64,000 nt of DNA from an uncultured Candidatus Rokubacteria bacterium. Lineage in GTDB: Bacteria; Methylomirabilota; Methylomirabilia; Rokubacteriales; CSP1-6. Shown here piece after piece: positions 30,602 through 40,539 of this stretch (positions are counted from its first letter, which is position 1; each line of letters opens with the position of its first letter). Made by a program: the position numbers and the translations under genes. The DNA lies in contig CAVWFS010000005.1 in the NCBI GenBank assembly GCA_963754315.1, positions 160,001 to 224,000 of the forward strand, written 5' to 3'. The notes beneath the pieces were generated by a model, which did no database searches, was not told the origin of the DNA, and saw nothing but the letters and a program-made list of their open reading frames with translations.

Positions 30602-31534
30602 TTAGGAATCGTCGCTCGCGGACAGCGGCCCTTTCGAAGGCTCACGAGCGCCCCCGCCCGCCGCGGCATCCTCGCAGGGGTTGCCCACGCCGCCTACGAT
30701 TCGGTGAGCGCCTGTATAGATGTTGAAGCCCCCGTTGCGCACGAAACCCACCAGGGTCATGTTTGCCGCCTGCGCCGTCTGCACGGCCATGCTGGAAGGA
30801 GCGGAGACCGCCGCCACCAGGGGAATTCGCGCAACCAGCGCTTTCTGCACGATCTCGAAGCTGGCGCGGCCGCTCACGAAGAGGAGATGCCGGTCCAGCG
30901 GTGTCTTGCCGGTCAGCACCATGTGCCCGATGACCTTGTCCACCGCATTGTGGCGACCGATATCTTCGCGGAGCACGATCAGGCGACCGTCGGCGTCGAA
31001 GAGCCCGGCCGCATGGAGACCGCCCGTCTTCTCGAAGATCGTCTGGGCCTGGCTCATCAGCGGAACGAGCCGATGAAGCCGCTCGATCGGGATCGTCGTG
31101 TCGGACGAAACCGGTGGGAGCGTGGACCGGATCGCGTCGATCATGGCCTTGCCACAGAGCCCGCAGGAGGACGACGTCACGAAGTTCCGCCGCAGCCGTT
31201 CCCGGGCGACGCGGGAGTCCCCCTTCAGCAAGACGTTCATCACATTGCCGAGGGTGGGATCGGTATCGGGCCCGCGATACCGCGCGATCACGTCGAGATC
31301 CTCGGCGCTGGTGATCACGCCCTCGGCGAGGAGGAAGCCGGCGACGAGCTCCTCGTCGTCTCCCGGAGTGCGCATCGTGACGCTGAGCGGCAGACCGGCG
31401 AGTCGGATCTCGAGCGGTTCCTCGACGGCGACGTAGTCCTGGCACTGGGACGCGTCATGGCCGTCCACCTTGACGATCCAGTAGCCCACGGCCGGAACAC
31501 CCCGCGGAATCTCGGACTCCGAGTCCAGAGTCAA
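30602..31534 (-). CDS. fdhD: Formate dehydrogenase accessory sulfurtransferase
   Basis: VAVEEPL, TMRTPG, SSCGLCG, TGGLHAA, REDIGRHNAVDK, SGRASFEIVQKA. Confidence 0.95.
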   Translation of the reverse strand: MTLDSESEIPRGVPAVGYWIVKVDGHDASQCQDYVAVEEPLEIRLAGLPLSVTMRTPGDDEELVAGFLLAEGVITSAEDLDVIARYRGPDTDPTLGNVMNVLLKGDSRVARERLRRNFVTSSSCGLCGKAMIDAIRSTLPPVSSDTTIPIERLHRLVPLMSQAQTIFEKTGGLHAAGLFDADGRLIVLREDIGRHNAVDKVIGHMVLTGKTPLDRHLLFVSGRASFEIVQKALVARIPLVAAVSAPSSMAVQTAQAANMTLVGFVRNGGFNIYTGAHRIVGGVGNPCEDAAAGGGAREPSKGPLSASDDS

Positions 31535-31566
31535 TGGACGCTCCCCACGCGGCGATTTCTCATGGG

Positions 31567-32559
31567 TCAAGCGCCGTCGTCCCCAGGCGACTCCACGAAC
31601 GTGAACCCGAAGCGCCCTTTGATGCACAGATGGCCGTGGGTCACCGAGACGTCGGCCGGTGAGGTCACCTTCACGATGCGGTTGTCTTGCACATGCAGGG
31701 TGAGGGTACAGCCCACGCCACAATAGGGGCAGATCGTGTCTGTCGTCCGCTGCTTCGCCTCGTCCCAGACGCCGGCAGCTCGCATGTCGTGCTCGCGCTT
31801 GAACATGAGGGCGCCCGTTGGGCACACTCCGATGCAGTTGCCGCAATACACACAGGCCGAGTCGGGCAGAGGCACGTCTGCCTCGGTGGAAATCCTGGTG
31901 TCGAAGCCTCGGCCCGCCACGGCGATGGCAAACGTGTTCTGGGCGTCGACGCCGCAGGCTTCGACGCACTTGTAGCAGAGAATGCACTTGGTGTAATCGC
32001 GGACGTAGAGATCGTTGTCGATCTTCACGGGCTGGGCGACCGTCTCGGCGTGGGTACCATCGGGTGCCTCGTGGTGTCCAGGATCGCGCGCGTCGCGCTC
32101 GCCCGCGCCCGTGGCCGGTTCCGCGGGCCCGTACCGATCCGGGTGGGCGTCGTAGCGCGCCATCAGGCGATCGATCCCTGGGGCGGTCGAGAGGTCGACG
32201 GAGGACGCCAGCAGCTCGAGGACCATCCGGCGCGATACGCGAACGCGATCGGACTCTGTGAGGATGGTCATCCCGGGCTCCACCCGCCGTGAACAGGCAG
32301 GAACCAGCACGCGCGAGCCGGCCACCTCGACAACGCACACTCGGCAGACGTTGACCGGCGTCAAGGTCTCCAGAAAGCACAACGTGGGGATATCGATGCC
32401 TCGTCCACGGCACGCCTCGAGGATCGTCGAACCCTCGGGAACGCTCGCCGGCTGGCCGTCGATGATGACACTGACCGGCGCCGGGACTGGCCCACGCGGT
32501 GCCGCGGGGGGACGGGTGGGCGGAGGGGGTGGGCGGAACCAGATCGGCTCGGGATTCAT
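31567..32559 (-). CDS. FDH iron-sulfur subunit (2Fe-2S, two 4Fe-4S and the Molybdop_Fe4S4 domain)
   Basis: IPTLC, CRVC, CILCYKC, CVYCGNCIGVCP, C-terminal CPYCGVGC...LCIKGRFG. Confidence 0.92.
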   Translation of the reverse strand: MNPEPIWFRPPPPPTRPPAAPRGPVPAPVSVIIDGQPASVPEGSTILEACRGRGIDIPTLCFLETLTPVNVCRVCVVEVAGSRVLVPACSRRVEPGMTILTESDRVRVSRRMVLELLASSVDLSTAPGIDRLMARYDAHPDRYGPAEPATGAGERDARDPGHHEAPDGTHAETVAQPVKIDNDLYVRDYTKCILCYKCVEACGVDAQNTFAIAVAGRGFDTRISTEADVPLPDSACVYCGNCIGVCPTGALMFKREHDMRAAGVWDEAKQRTTDTICPYCGVGCTLTLHVQDNRIVKVTSPADVSVTHGHLCIKGRFGFTFVESPGDDGA

Positions 32560-34373
32560 GTCCGTTGGCCGGCGGCCGAGAGGCGAAAGATCGCTGACTC
32601 CACAGCGCTCGAGGCCGTGTGCCCGAGACCGCAGATGGAGGCGTCGCGCATGACCTGACCGAGATCCTTGAGCAGAGCCAGTTCTTGAGCGTCTGGACCG
32701 AGTGAACGTCGAGCCAGGAGGCGGGCCAGCAGCTCTTCCTGTCGAACCGTACCCACCCGACATGGCACGCACTGGCCGCACGATTCGTCGCGGAAGAACT
32801 CGGCGATGCGCCGGACGACGTCGAGCAAATCCACCGTCTCGTCGAAGACCATGATCACGCCCGAGCCGAGCGTCGCTCCGATCGCCCGCGTGCCCTCGAA
32901 CGTCAGCGCGACGTCGAGGTCGGCCGGTCCAACGAACACGCCGGCCGCCCCGCCCAGGAGCACGGCGCGGATGGGGCCGGCTCCGGCCAGTTGCAAGAGC
33001 TCGCGCAGGGTGATGCCGAACGGGGCCTCGTAGAGACCCGGGCGCGTCACATGACCCGAGACACAGAAGAGCTTCGGGCCGGTCGAGCCCGCGGTCCCGA
33101 TGTTGCCGTACGCAAGCCCGCCCTCCCGAAGTAGCGCCGGCACGTTCACGAGCGTTTCGACATTGTTCACGACAGTGGGCCGTCCGAACAGTCCCACCTC
33201 GACGGGGAACGGTGGCTTGTTCCGTGGCTCTCCCCGCTTGCCCTCGATGGAATTGAACAGGGCCGTCTCCTCACCGCATATGTAGGCGCCCGCTCCCCTG
33301 CGTACCTCGATGTCGAACGTGAAGCCTGCGCCCATCACGTCGACGCCCAGCAATCCGGCCGCACGGGCGGCGGCGATGGCTCCGGCCATGCGCTCGGCGG
33401 CCAGCGGGTACTCGCCCCGCAGATAAAGGTAGCCGACCTCGCAGCCGGTCGCATAACCAGCAATGGTCATTCCCTCGACGAGGCTGAAGGGATCCTCCTC
33501 CATGAGGAGCCGATCCTTGAAGGTTCCGGGTTCCGACTCGTCCGCGTTGCACACGAGGTAGTGCGGCCGGGCGGGAGCCTTGGCCACCGCGTCCCACTTC
33601 CGGCCGGTGGGGAAGGCGGCTCCACCGCGGCCGACGAGTTTGGACGCAACGACCTCCTCGATGACCGTGGTCGGCCCAAGCTCGATCGCCCGTGCGAGCG
33701 CGCGGTAACCACCGCTTTCGTTGTAGGCGTTAAGACTCGTGGGATCGACTGTTCCCATCCGGCCCAGCAGCCGGAGGCCGGGCTGTCCAGCCTGGGGAAC
33801 AGACTGCGCGACCACACGAAGCCGCGCCGCCGGGGCACCCGCCTCGACACGGACATCCACTGCATCGCCAAGGTTGGCGAGCGCGTGGAGGATGTCCCCG
33901 GCATCCTCCGCCACAGGGGCCACAGTGATCGAACGCGGCGCGGCGCCGGCGGCAGTGACGAGGGCAGCCGGGGCCCGTTCGCACTGGCCGAGACACGGGC
34001 TTCGCATCCATGAGGCGGCGCCTCCATTGGACGTCCCCGCCGACGGTCCGAGCACCTGCTCCAGGGCTCCGCACAAAGCCTCGCCGCCTCGAATGCGGCA
34101 GGCGATGTCGTCGCACACGTGGACGACGATGGGTGAGCGTGGCTTCGTCGATAGCAGATGGTAGAACGTCACCACTCCCCAGGCCTCGGCCGGGGGCACC
34201 ATCAGGCGTTCGCTGATATAGTTCAGCGCCCCGCGGCTCACCCAGCCGATCCTCGCCTGGACGGCGTGAAGAGCAGGGAGCAAGAGGTCTCGCCTCGAAC
34301 CATCGGCCACGACAGCATCGATCGCGGCGCGCTCGACAGCGGTGGCGACGGGGCCGACGATCTTGAGATCGAT
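32556..34373 (-). CDS. NuoE-NuoF-like fused diaphorase subunit of NAD-linked FDH; apparent ATC start at 34373 (first canonical GTG at 34310)
   Basis: VCDDIAC and CLGQC (2Fe-2S), GRGGAAFP, NADESEPG, GAGAYICGEETA, ESCGQCVPC...CGLG. Confidence 0.92.
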   Translation of the reverse strand: MDLKIVGPVATAVERAAIDAVVADGSRRDLLLPALHAVQARIGWVSRGALNYISERLMVPPAEAWGVVTFYHLLSTKPRSPIVVHVCDDIACRIRGGEALCGALEQVLGPSAGTSNGGAASWMRSPCLGQCERAPAALVTAAGAAPRSITVAPVAEDAGDILHALANLGDAVDVRVEAGAPAARLRVVAQSVPQAGQPGLRLLGRMGTVDPTSLNAYNESGGYRALARAIELGPTTVIEEVVASKLVGRGGAAFPTGRKWDAVAKAPARPHYLVCNADESEPGTFKDRLLMEEDPFSLVEGMTIAGYATGCEVGYLYLRGEYPLAAERMAGAIAAARAAGLLGVDVMGAGFTFDIEVRRGAGAYICGEETALFNSIEGKRGEPRNKPPFPVEVGLFGRPTVVNNVETLVNVPALLREGGLAYGNIGTAGSTGPKLFCVSGHVTRPGLYEAPFGITLRELLQLAGAGPIRAVLLGGAAGVFVGPADLDVALTFEGTRAIGATLGSGVIMVFDETVDLLDVVRRIAEFFRDESCGQCVPCRVGTVRQEELLARLLARRSLGPDAQELALLKDLGQVMRDASICGLGHTASSAVESAIFRLSAAGQRT

Positions 34374-34377
34374 CGGT

Positions 34378-36276
34378 TCAGGTCTCCAGGCGCTCGATGC
34401 GGATCGCGGTGGCCTTGAACTCGGCCGTGCCGGACTTCGGATCGGTAGCGTCGATGGTGAGAAGGTTCGTTGCCACGTGGTCCTGGAAATGGAGGGTCAT
34501 GAAGGTCAGCCCGGGCCGCAGACCTTCGTCTCGACGGATGGGGACCTCCACCGCTCCCCGCCGCGAGCGTACCCGCACGACCTCGCCGTCCCGCAGACCG
34601 TAGCGGTCGGCGTCCTCGGGTGACACGTCAAGGCTCTCCCCACGCCGGAGGGGCGACCGATAGGCGGACGTCTGCACACCCGTATTGTACTCGTCGAGCC
34701 GCCGTCCTGTAGTCAGGCGCAGGGGGAACTCGGCGTCGAGCTTGTCGACCGGAGGATCATGCTCCACGGGTACGAACGCCACCCGTGGACCCCGCACCGG
34801 GCGCTCCCACAGGCGGCTGTGCAGAAATAGCTCGCCTGGATGCTCCTCGTCGTAACACGGCCACTGCAATCCCCCGTGTTTCTCGAGGCGAGCGTAGCTC
34901 ATGCCCGCGTGCATCGGCGAGAGCCGGCGCAGCTCGTTCCAGATGCTCTCGGGATCGGGTCTGCCCCAGTCGCGCCCGAGACACCGGGCCAGGTCGAAGA
35001 GGATGGCCACGTCGTCGCGAGTGCCAGCGGGCCCGTCAAGCGCCTTCCGTACGCGCTGCACACGGCGCTCGCTGTTGGTCACCGTGCCCTCGGACTCACA
35101 CCAGGCGGCGCTGGCGGGAAGGACGACGTGCGCCAACTCGGCGGTCTTGGTGAGGAACAGGTCCTGCACGAGCAGAAAGTCGAGGGACTCTAGGAGATGT
35201 CGCGCGTGGTGCTGGTCCGCCTCGGATTGGAGGGGGTTCTCGCCGATGACGTAGAGCGCCCGCAGATCACCGCGCTCCATCGCCTCGAACATCTGCGATA
35301 GGTGCCACCCCTTGACGGGAGGAACGGGAACGCCCCACGCCTGGTCGAACTTCGCGCGGAACTCCGCGTTTTCCACGTGCTGGAAGCCGGGCAGACGATC
35401 CGGGAGCGCGCCCATGTCGCCCCCGCCCTGGACGTTGTTCTGCCCGCGCAGCGGATTGAGCCCCGAGCCGTAGCGGCCGACGTGACCGGTCAGCAGGGCC
35501 AGGTTGACGAGCGCCAGGACGTTGTCGACGGCGTTGTGATGCTCGGTGATGCCGAGTGTCCAGCAGATCATGGCGCGGCCGGCGCCGGCATACGCGTGGG
35601 CCATGGTGCGAATGACGTCCGCCGACACTCCCGTCTCGCCTTCCGCATACGCGAGCGTGTACGGCTCGACAGCGGCCCGGTACTCCTCGAATCCCGTGGT
35701 GGCATTCTCGATGAACTCGCGATGCTCGAGTCCCGCCGCGATGATCTCGCGGCCCATGGCGTTGGCCAGGGCGATGTCGGAGCCGACGTCCAATCCCGCC
35801 CATGCTTCCGCCCATCGCGCGGAACTGGTGCGGCGCGGGTCGATGGCGAAGAGGCGGGCACCGTGGTGGAGGCCCTTGAGCATGTGGTGGAAAAAGATCG
35901 GGTGCGTCTCCCGCGCGTTCGAGCCCCACAGGAGAATGACGTCCGTCTCCTCGGCCTCCTGGTACGAGCTCGTGCCCCCGCCCGCTCCGAATACCGTCGC
36001 CAGTCCGGCGACGCTGGGAGCGTGTCACGTGCGGTTGCAACTGTCGATGTTATTGCTGCCGATGATGCTGCGTGCGAACTTCTGCGCGATGAAGTTCGTT
36101 TCGTTCGTGCTTTTCGAGCAGCTGAACAGACCGAAGGCCCGGGGACCATGGCTGGCCACCACCTGCCGCAGTCCCGTGGCGGCGCGGTCGAGCGCCTCGT
36201 CCCATGTGGCCGGGCGGAGCCCGTGGTGCCCCTCGCGAACGAGCGGCTGACTCAGTCTGCGGTAAGTCCGGGACAT
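34378..36276 (-). CDS. fdhF: Selenocysteine-containing formate dehydrogenase catalytic Mo/W-bisPGD subunit
   Basis: ORFs 36025..36366 and 34378..35883 are one frame joined by TGA at 36027-36025 in NNIDSCNRT-U-HAPSVAGL; LRGQNNVQGGGD, GTVTNSERRVQ; SD GAGGAGG. Confidence 0.93.
35995..36013 (-). promoter_or_regulatory. Bacterial SECIS hairpin
   Basis: CGTCGCC-GGACT-GGCGACG, perfect 7-bp stem with G-containing loop, beginning 11 nt after the UGA. Confidence 0.85.
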
Positions 36277-36425
36277 GCTGCTCTCCTCCTCTGGGGTCCA
36301 TGTGGCGTGACCAGGGCTGGCCGAGGCTGCCTGCCCGCGGACATGACGCATGCCACGATTGGACACTACTATGCTCTCTAAGATACCGTCAATCCAACGT
36401 TCCGTCCCAGCCGTCGACGAACGCC

Positions 36426-36474
36426 ATGCCGCTCAAAGAATACAAGCCGGGGAGCCACCTTCCCCGGCCGCCTG
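36426..36474 (+). pseudogene. N-terminal stub resembling an arylsulfatase start
   Basis: MPLKEYKPG then, after one extra base, ATFPGRL; truncated by the next gene's SD; family assignment from recalled N-termini only. Confidence 0.4.
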
Positions 36475-36490
36475 GAGGAGGATCCAGACA

Positions 36491-37369
36491 ATGCAGAGAG
36501 TTGGCGAGTTCGAAATTCGCCGCGTGGTCGAGAGTGAGGTGCCCTTCATCGAGCCAAACGTGTTCCTGCCGGACTTCACCCCGGACGCGTTCGAGGCCAA
36601 CGAGGACTGGTTGCTGCCCCGCTACGCCGACGCCGCCACCGGCAAGCTCATCTTCGCCTTCCAGTCATATCTCGTGCGCACGCCACGGCACACCATCCTG
36701 GTGGATACGTGCGTTGGCAACGACAAGCCGCGGCCGCACCGGCCGAGCTGGCACCTGCAGAACTGGCCGTACCTCGCCGACCTCGCCCGGGCCGGGGTGA
36801 AGCCCGAGCAGGTCGACTTCGTCATGTGCACCCACCTGCACATCGACCACGTCGGCTGGAACACCCGCCTGAAGGACGGGCGCTGGGTGCCGACCTTCCC
36901 CAAGGCCAAATACATCTTCGCGCGCCGGGAATACGAATTCTGGGAGGAGCGTGACCGCTCAGGTACCCAGGGTCCGGTGGTCAACGTGTTCGACGACAGC
37001 GTGCGGCCCGTGATGGAGGCGGGACAGGTCGAGCTAGTCGGGATGGACTACGAATTCGACAAGGGTCTCTGGTTCGAGCCGGCCCCCGGCCACACCGCCG
37101 GCAACGTGGTGATTCACCTGAAATCCGGCGACGCGGCCGCGGTACTGAGCGGCGACGTCCTCCATCATCCCCTGCAGCTCGTTCGTCCGGAGTGGTCGAG
37201 TCGGGCCTGCGAGGACAAGGCCATGTCCGCCACGACGCGACGGGCGCTGATCGAGCGCTACGCCGATACCGCAACCTTGATGGCGCCGGCGCACTTTGCC
37301 TCGCCCTCCATCGGACGAATCGTCAGCCACCGAGGCGCCTTCGCCTATCGCCTCGCCGAGAATGCTTGA
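36491..37369 (+). CDS. MBL-fold metallo-hydrolase (AHL lactonase/YtnP-like)
   Basis: THLHIDHVGWN, PGHT, GDVLHHP, AHF; SD GGAGGAGG. Confidence 0.92.
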   Translation: MQRVGEFEIRRVVESEVPFIEPNVFLPDFTPDAFEANEDWLLPRYADAATGKLIFAFQSYLVRTPRHTILVDTCVGNDKPRPHRPSWHLQNWPYLADLARAGVKPEQVDFVMCTHLHIDHVGWNTRLKDGRWVPTFPKAKYIFARREYEFWEERDRSGTQGPVVNVFDDSVRPVMEAGQVELVGMDYEFDKGLWFEPAPGHTAGNVVIHLKSGDAAAVLSGDVLHHPLQLVRPEWSSRACEDKAMSATTRRALIERYADTATLMAPAHFASPSIGRIVSHRGAFAYRLAENA

Positions 37370-37503
37370 GAGCTCGTGCGTCAGCGTGGAGGCAGACCTG
37401 CCGCCGCGGCGTATGCCTGTTTGATCTCGTTGGCATCGCACGTGCACCTCGAGTGTCCTGAGGCCGCTCTACTTCCCTCAGACTTGGGGAGCGTCCCATC
37501 GAG

Positions 37504-38982
37504 ATGATCAATCACTGGGACGCACAACCGCCGGAGCGCGCCGAACTGAGGGGCGCTCAGGAACGTAAGAACGATCCACGCCGATGGGCGTGGATCGTGG
37601 CTGGGTTTCTCGCCGTACAGATCTCCCTCATCGCGCTCGCCGCCAACGGTCCCTTCGTCGACGAAGGTCTCTACACGGTCGCCGGCCTTCGCGTCCTCGA
37701 GGGCAATGGTCTGTCTGATGGGTACGTCAGGTGGTTCAACGGCAGTCCCTTTGTCTGGCCGGTCATGGCGGCGCTGGGTCATCGCCTCGGGGGCCTCCCC
37801 GGGGCCCGCTTGATGGCTACCATTCTTTGCACGATCGCCCTGATCGCCTTCTTCAAGACCGCGGAAACCCTGTTTGGCCAGCCGACAGCCACGTGGGGAA
37901 CGCTCGCCCTCGCCACCAACGGTCTGTTCATGGCGCTCGCGCACTTTGCGGTATACGACGTCGCCGCCCTGGCGGGTCTCGGCATGTCGATGTGGTGCGT
38001 GACTCGCTCGTCGTCGCGTAACGGCGCCATGTGGGCCGTGGCGGCGGCGATCGCCTTTGCCGCCGCCGTCATTGCCAAGTACGGCACCTTGCTCATGGTC
38101 GTCCCACTCCTGGCGCTCATGCTCTCTGTGCGAGGCCTCCGGCCCGGTGGTCGGGTACTGGCGGTCTTCATCCCGGTGGCCGGGATCATTCTGGCCGCCT
38201 ATTTCTTCCTGTTCTTCGGATCGCTCGTTCCTGCCTCGTCAGCAGCCTATCTTGAGCAAACGTTTGGCCGGAGTCGCGGGCACATCGCCACGTTGCAGCT
38301 GGTCTTCGCCCTGGCGCCTGGAGCGCTGGCGAGCGCTGGCGCCTACCTCGCCTGGCGCAGACGCCAGCGCGGGCTGGCCCTCACGTGTCTGCTCGCGCTC
38401 GTCGTGTATCCGCTTTTCCATCTGTGGTCTGCGAATTTTGTCAGCGGACAGAAGCACGTCGTCGCTGGATTCCTGTTTGCCTATCTGCTGGCCGGCGTCG
38501 CGCTGGAACGACTGTGGGTGACGCGGGCCTGGAGGACGCTGGCCGCCGTCCTGGCGGGATTGGCGGTCTGGGGTGGTCTCCAGTGCTATTGGCAGGATCG
38601 CTCGTGGAGCGACAGCCGCCCGCTCGCTCGTCACCTCGCTCTGCATATGAAGCGTGGTGAACGGGTCGTCGCGGAGTCTTCATGGAACTACACCCTCTAC
38701 CTGTACCCGAAGGGGCTCATCGACTCTCCGGCGTCTGTGATCGACGCCAACTACCCATCCCATGGCGATCTGCTCGACGCCTGCCAGATCCCTTGGATGG
38801 TGGGCAATCTGGACAGCGCGGCCATGGTCCGGGCCGCCGTTGAGCGCTGCCGACACGAGAACGTGCTCTCATCGACAACGCACCAGTATTACTTCGATTC
38901 GACGCGCCTACGCCTTGCCGCCGCCCCCGCGGTCATCGGTCTGTATCGCCTGCCGCAATCGGGGGTCGCCACATCGCCATGA
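37504..38982 (+). CDS. GT-C membrane glycosyltransferase (GT39/ArnT-like)
   Basis: FVDEGLY in the first loop, many TM helices, AKY motif. Confidence 0.8.
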   Translation: MINHWDAQPPERAELRGAQERKNDPRRWAWIVAGFLAVQISLIALAANGPFVDEGLYTVAGLRVLEGNGLSDGYVRWFNGSPFVWPVMAALGHRLGGLPGARLMATILCTIALIAFFKTAETLFGQPTATWGTLALATNGLFMALAHFAVYDVAALAGLGMSMWCVTRSSSRNGAMWAVAAAIAFAAAVIAKYGTLLMVVPLLALMLSVRGLRPGGRVLAVFIPVAGIILAAYFFLFFGSLVPASSAAYLEQTFGRSRGHIATLQLVFALAPGALASAGAYLAWRRRQRGLALTCLLALVVYPLFHLWSANFVSGQKHVVAGFLFAYLLAGVALERLWVTRAWRTLAAVLAGLAVWGGLQCYWQDRSWSDSRPLARHLALHMKRGERVVAESSWNYTLYLYPKGLIDSPASVIDANYPSHGDLLDACQIPWMVGNLDSAAMVRAAVERCRHENVLSSTTHQYYFDSTRLRLAAAPAVIGLYRLPQSGVATSP

Positions 38983-39755
38983 AGGCACTGGTCGTCCTTC
39001 CGACCTACAACGAGGCGGACAACATCTCCGAAGTGCTTCGGCGCTTACGCACGGCGGCCCCGGCGGCCGACATCCTCGTCGTCGACGATGCCAGCCCCGA
39101 CGGCACCGCCGATATCGCGCGGTCAGCGGCAGCCTCACTCGGAGGCATCGACGTTCTGGGGCGGCCTGGCAAGTCAGGCCTGGGCTCGGCCTATTGCGCG
39201 GGGTTCGGCGAAGGCCTCCGGCGTGGGTACCACATACTGGTGGAGATGGACAGCGATCTCTCCCACGACCCGGCCGCTGTCCCAGCTCTGCTCCGGGCCG
39301 TCGAAGGCGGAGCCGACCTGGCCGTAGGATCTCGCTACGTAGGGGGAGGCTCGATCCCCCAGTGGCCACGTTTCCGCCGTGCCCTCTCGCGCTGGGGCAA
39401 CCGATATGCACGCATGGCCTTGGCTCTACCGGTGGCCGACGCCACGTCGGGGTTCCGTGCCTACTGGGCGGGCCTCGTGGCCCGGCTCGATCTCTCGTCC
39501 GTGCAGTCTGACGGGTACGGATTCCAAATCGAGATGGTGTACCGGGCAGCCCGAGCGGGGGCCCGAATCGTCGAAGTCCCTATCACGTTTCGCGATCGTG
39601 AGCACGGCGTGTCCAAGATGTCGTTGCGGATCATCCTCGAAGCCTTCATGCGTGTGACGTCGTGGGCAATGCGCGAATTCCCGCGCCGCCGCCGCTCCTG
39701 GTCCCCCGTCGGGCCGATCATCCCAGGGGTCAAGACACGGCCGAGCACGCCGTGA
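38979..39755 (+). CDS. Polyprenol monophosphomannose synthase-like GT2 (Ppm1/DPM1)
   Basis: LPTYNE, VVDDASPDGT, EMDSDLSH, GSRY, DATSGFRAY, GYGFQIEM; ATGA overlap. Confidence 0.92.
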   Translation: MKALVVLPTYNEADNISEVLRRLRTAAPAADILVVDDASPDGTADIARSAAASLGGIDVLGRPGKSGLGSAYCAGFGEGLRRGYHILVEMDSDLSHDPAAVPALLRAVEGGADLAVGSRYVGGGSIPQWPRFRRALSRWGNRYARMALALPVADATSGFRAYWAGLVARLDLSSVQSDGYGFQIEMVYRAARAGARIVEVPITFRDREHGVSKMSLRIILEAFMRVTSWAMREFPRRRRSWSPVGPIIPGVKTRPSTP

Positions 39756-39823
39756 GCCCAGAGGCGCACGCGACTCGGCTACAATTCCTGGGCGCGGGAG
39801 TGCCGCATGAAGGAGGGTATCCG

Positions 39824-40216
39824 ATGGTCACCAAGATCGATCACATCGAGCTGGTCGTGCACCGCTTTGACGAGTACGTCGCCCTGTTCCGGGCGCTCGG
39901 CTTTCGAGAGCTGACCAGAACCAAGCACCACGGCGATTCGATCGAGCTTCAACTACCCGGCGAGAATCAGCCGATCTTCGAGATACACCGGGTGAGTGGC
40001 GAGGAAAACATCGGCGTCAACCACATCGCCTTCCAGGTTCCCGACGTCCAGGCGGCACAGCGCGAGCTGGCCACGCGCGGGATCGCGGCCGGTCTCGAGC
40101 CACGGTTCGTGCCCTCGACCGGGCGAACGAATCTCAACTTCCGAGACCCGGATGGCTGGCGACTTCAACTCGTCGACGCCACCCGCGCCACCCCGGATCC
40201 GCAGGCGACACACTGA
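39824..40216 (+). CDS. VOC/glyoxalase family protein
   Basis: IDHIELVV, NHIAF, FRDPDG. Confidence 0.88.
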   Translation: MVTKIDHIELVVHRFDEYVALFRALGFRELTRTKHHGDSIELQLPGENQPIFEIHRVSGEENIGVNHIAFQVPDVQAAQRELATRGIAAGLEPRFVPSTGRTNLNFRDPDGWRLQLVDATRATPDPQATH

Positions 40217-40258
40217 GGGCCTTGCCGCGTCCCGGTCCGCAACTCGTCCTCCGCAGGA

Positions 40259-40500
40259 CTATCCTGGCCGGCCAATCGGGATCACGCGGGCAACTTCCAA
40301 AGCGAGGTCATAATCCGTGCCCCACACCACAGGGATGCGGAGCGCACGCAAGAAGACCAGACTGGAGACGTCGACGTACGTCAGTTTCCGGCCCCGCAGA
40401 CGCTCGAGTCGATCCACGACGGCGGCGTGATGCCTCTGATCGAGGCCGAGGAGTTCGAGATGCGGCAGCTCGGCCACGGCGATCCGCTCGCTGAGCGCGC
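40259..40500 (-). pseudogene. C-terminal fragment of a PIN/VapC protein
   Basis: KLTYVDVSS...VWGTDYDL PIN C-terminal motifs; N-terminal D motif missing. Confidence 0.6.
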
Positions 40501-40539
40501 GCCGAGGCTAGGTGGGGCCCCGTCGGGCGACGATCTCAA

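Noticed and set aside
30602..32413. 603-aa FdhD with a long N-terminal extension
   Set aside because: The extension is an Arg/Gly-rich off-frame overlap of the Fe-S subunit gene.
36025..36366. Separate 113-aa ORF, or FDH pseudogene
   Set aside because: The stop is the Sec UGA with a SECIS hairpin; it is the N-terminus of one FDH gene.
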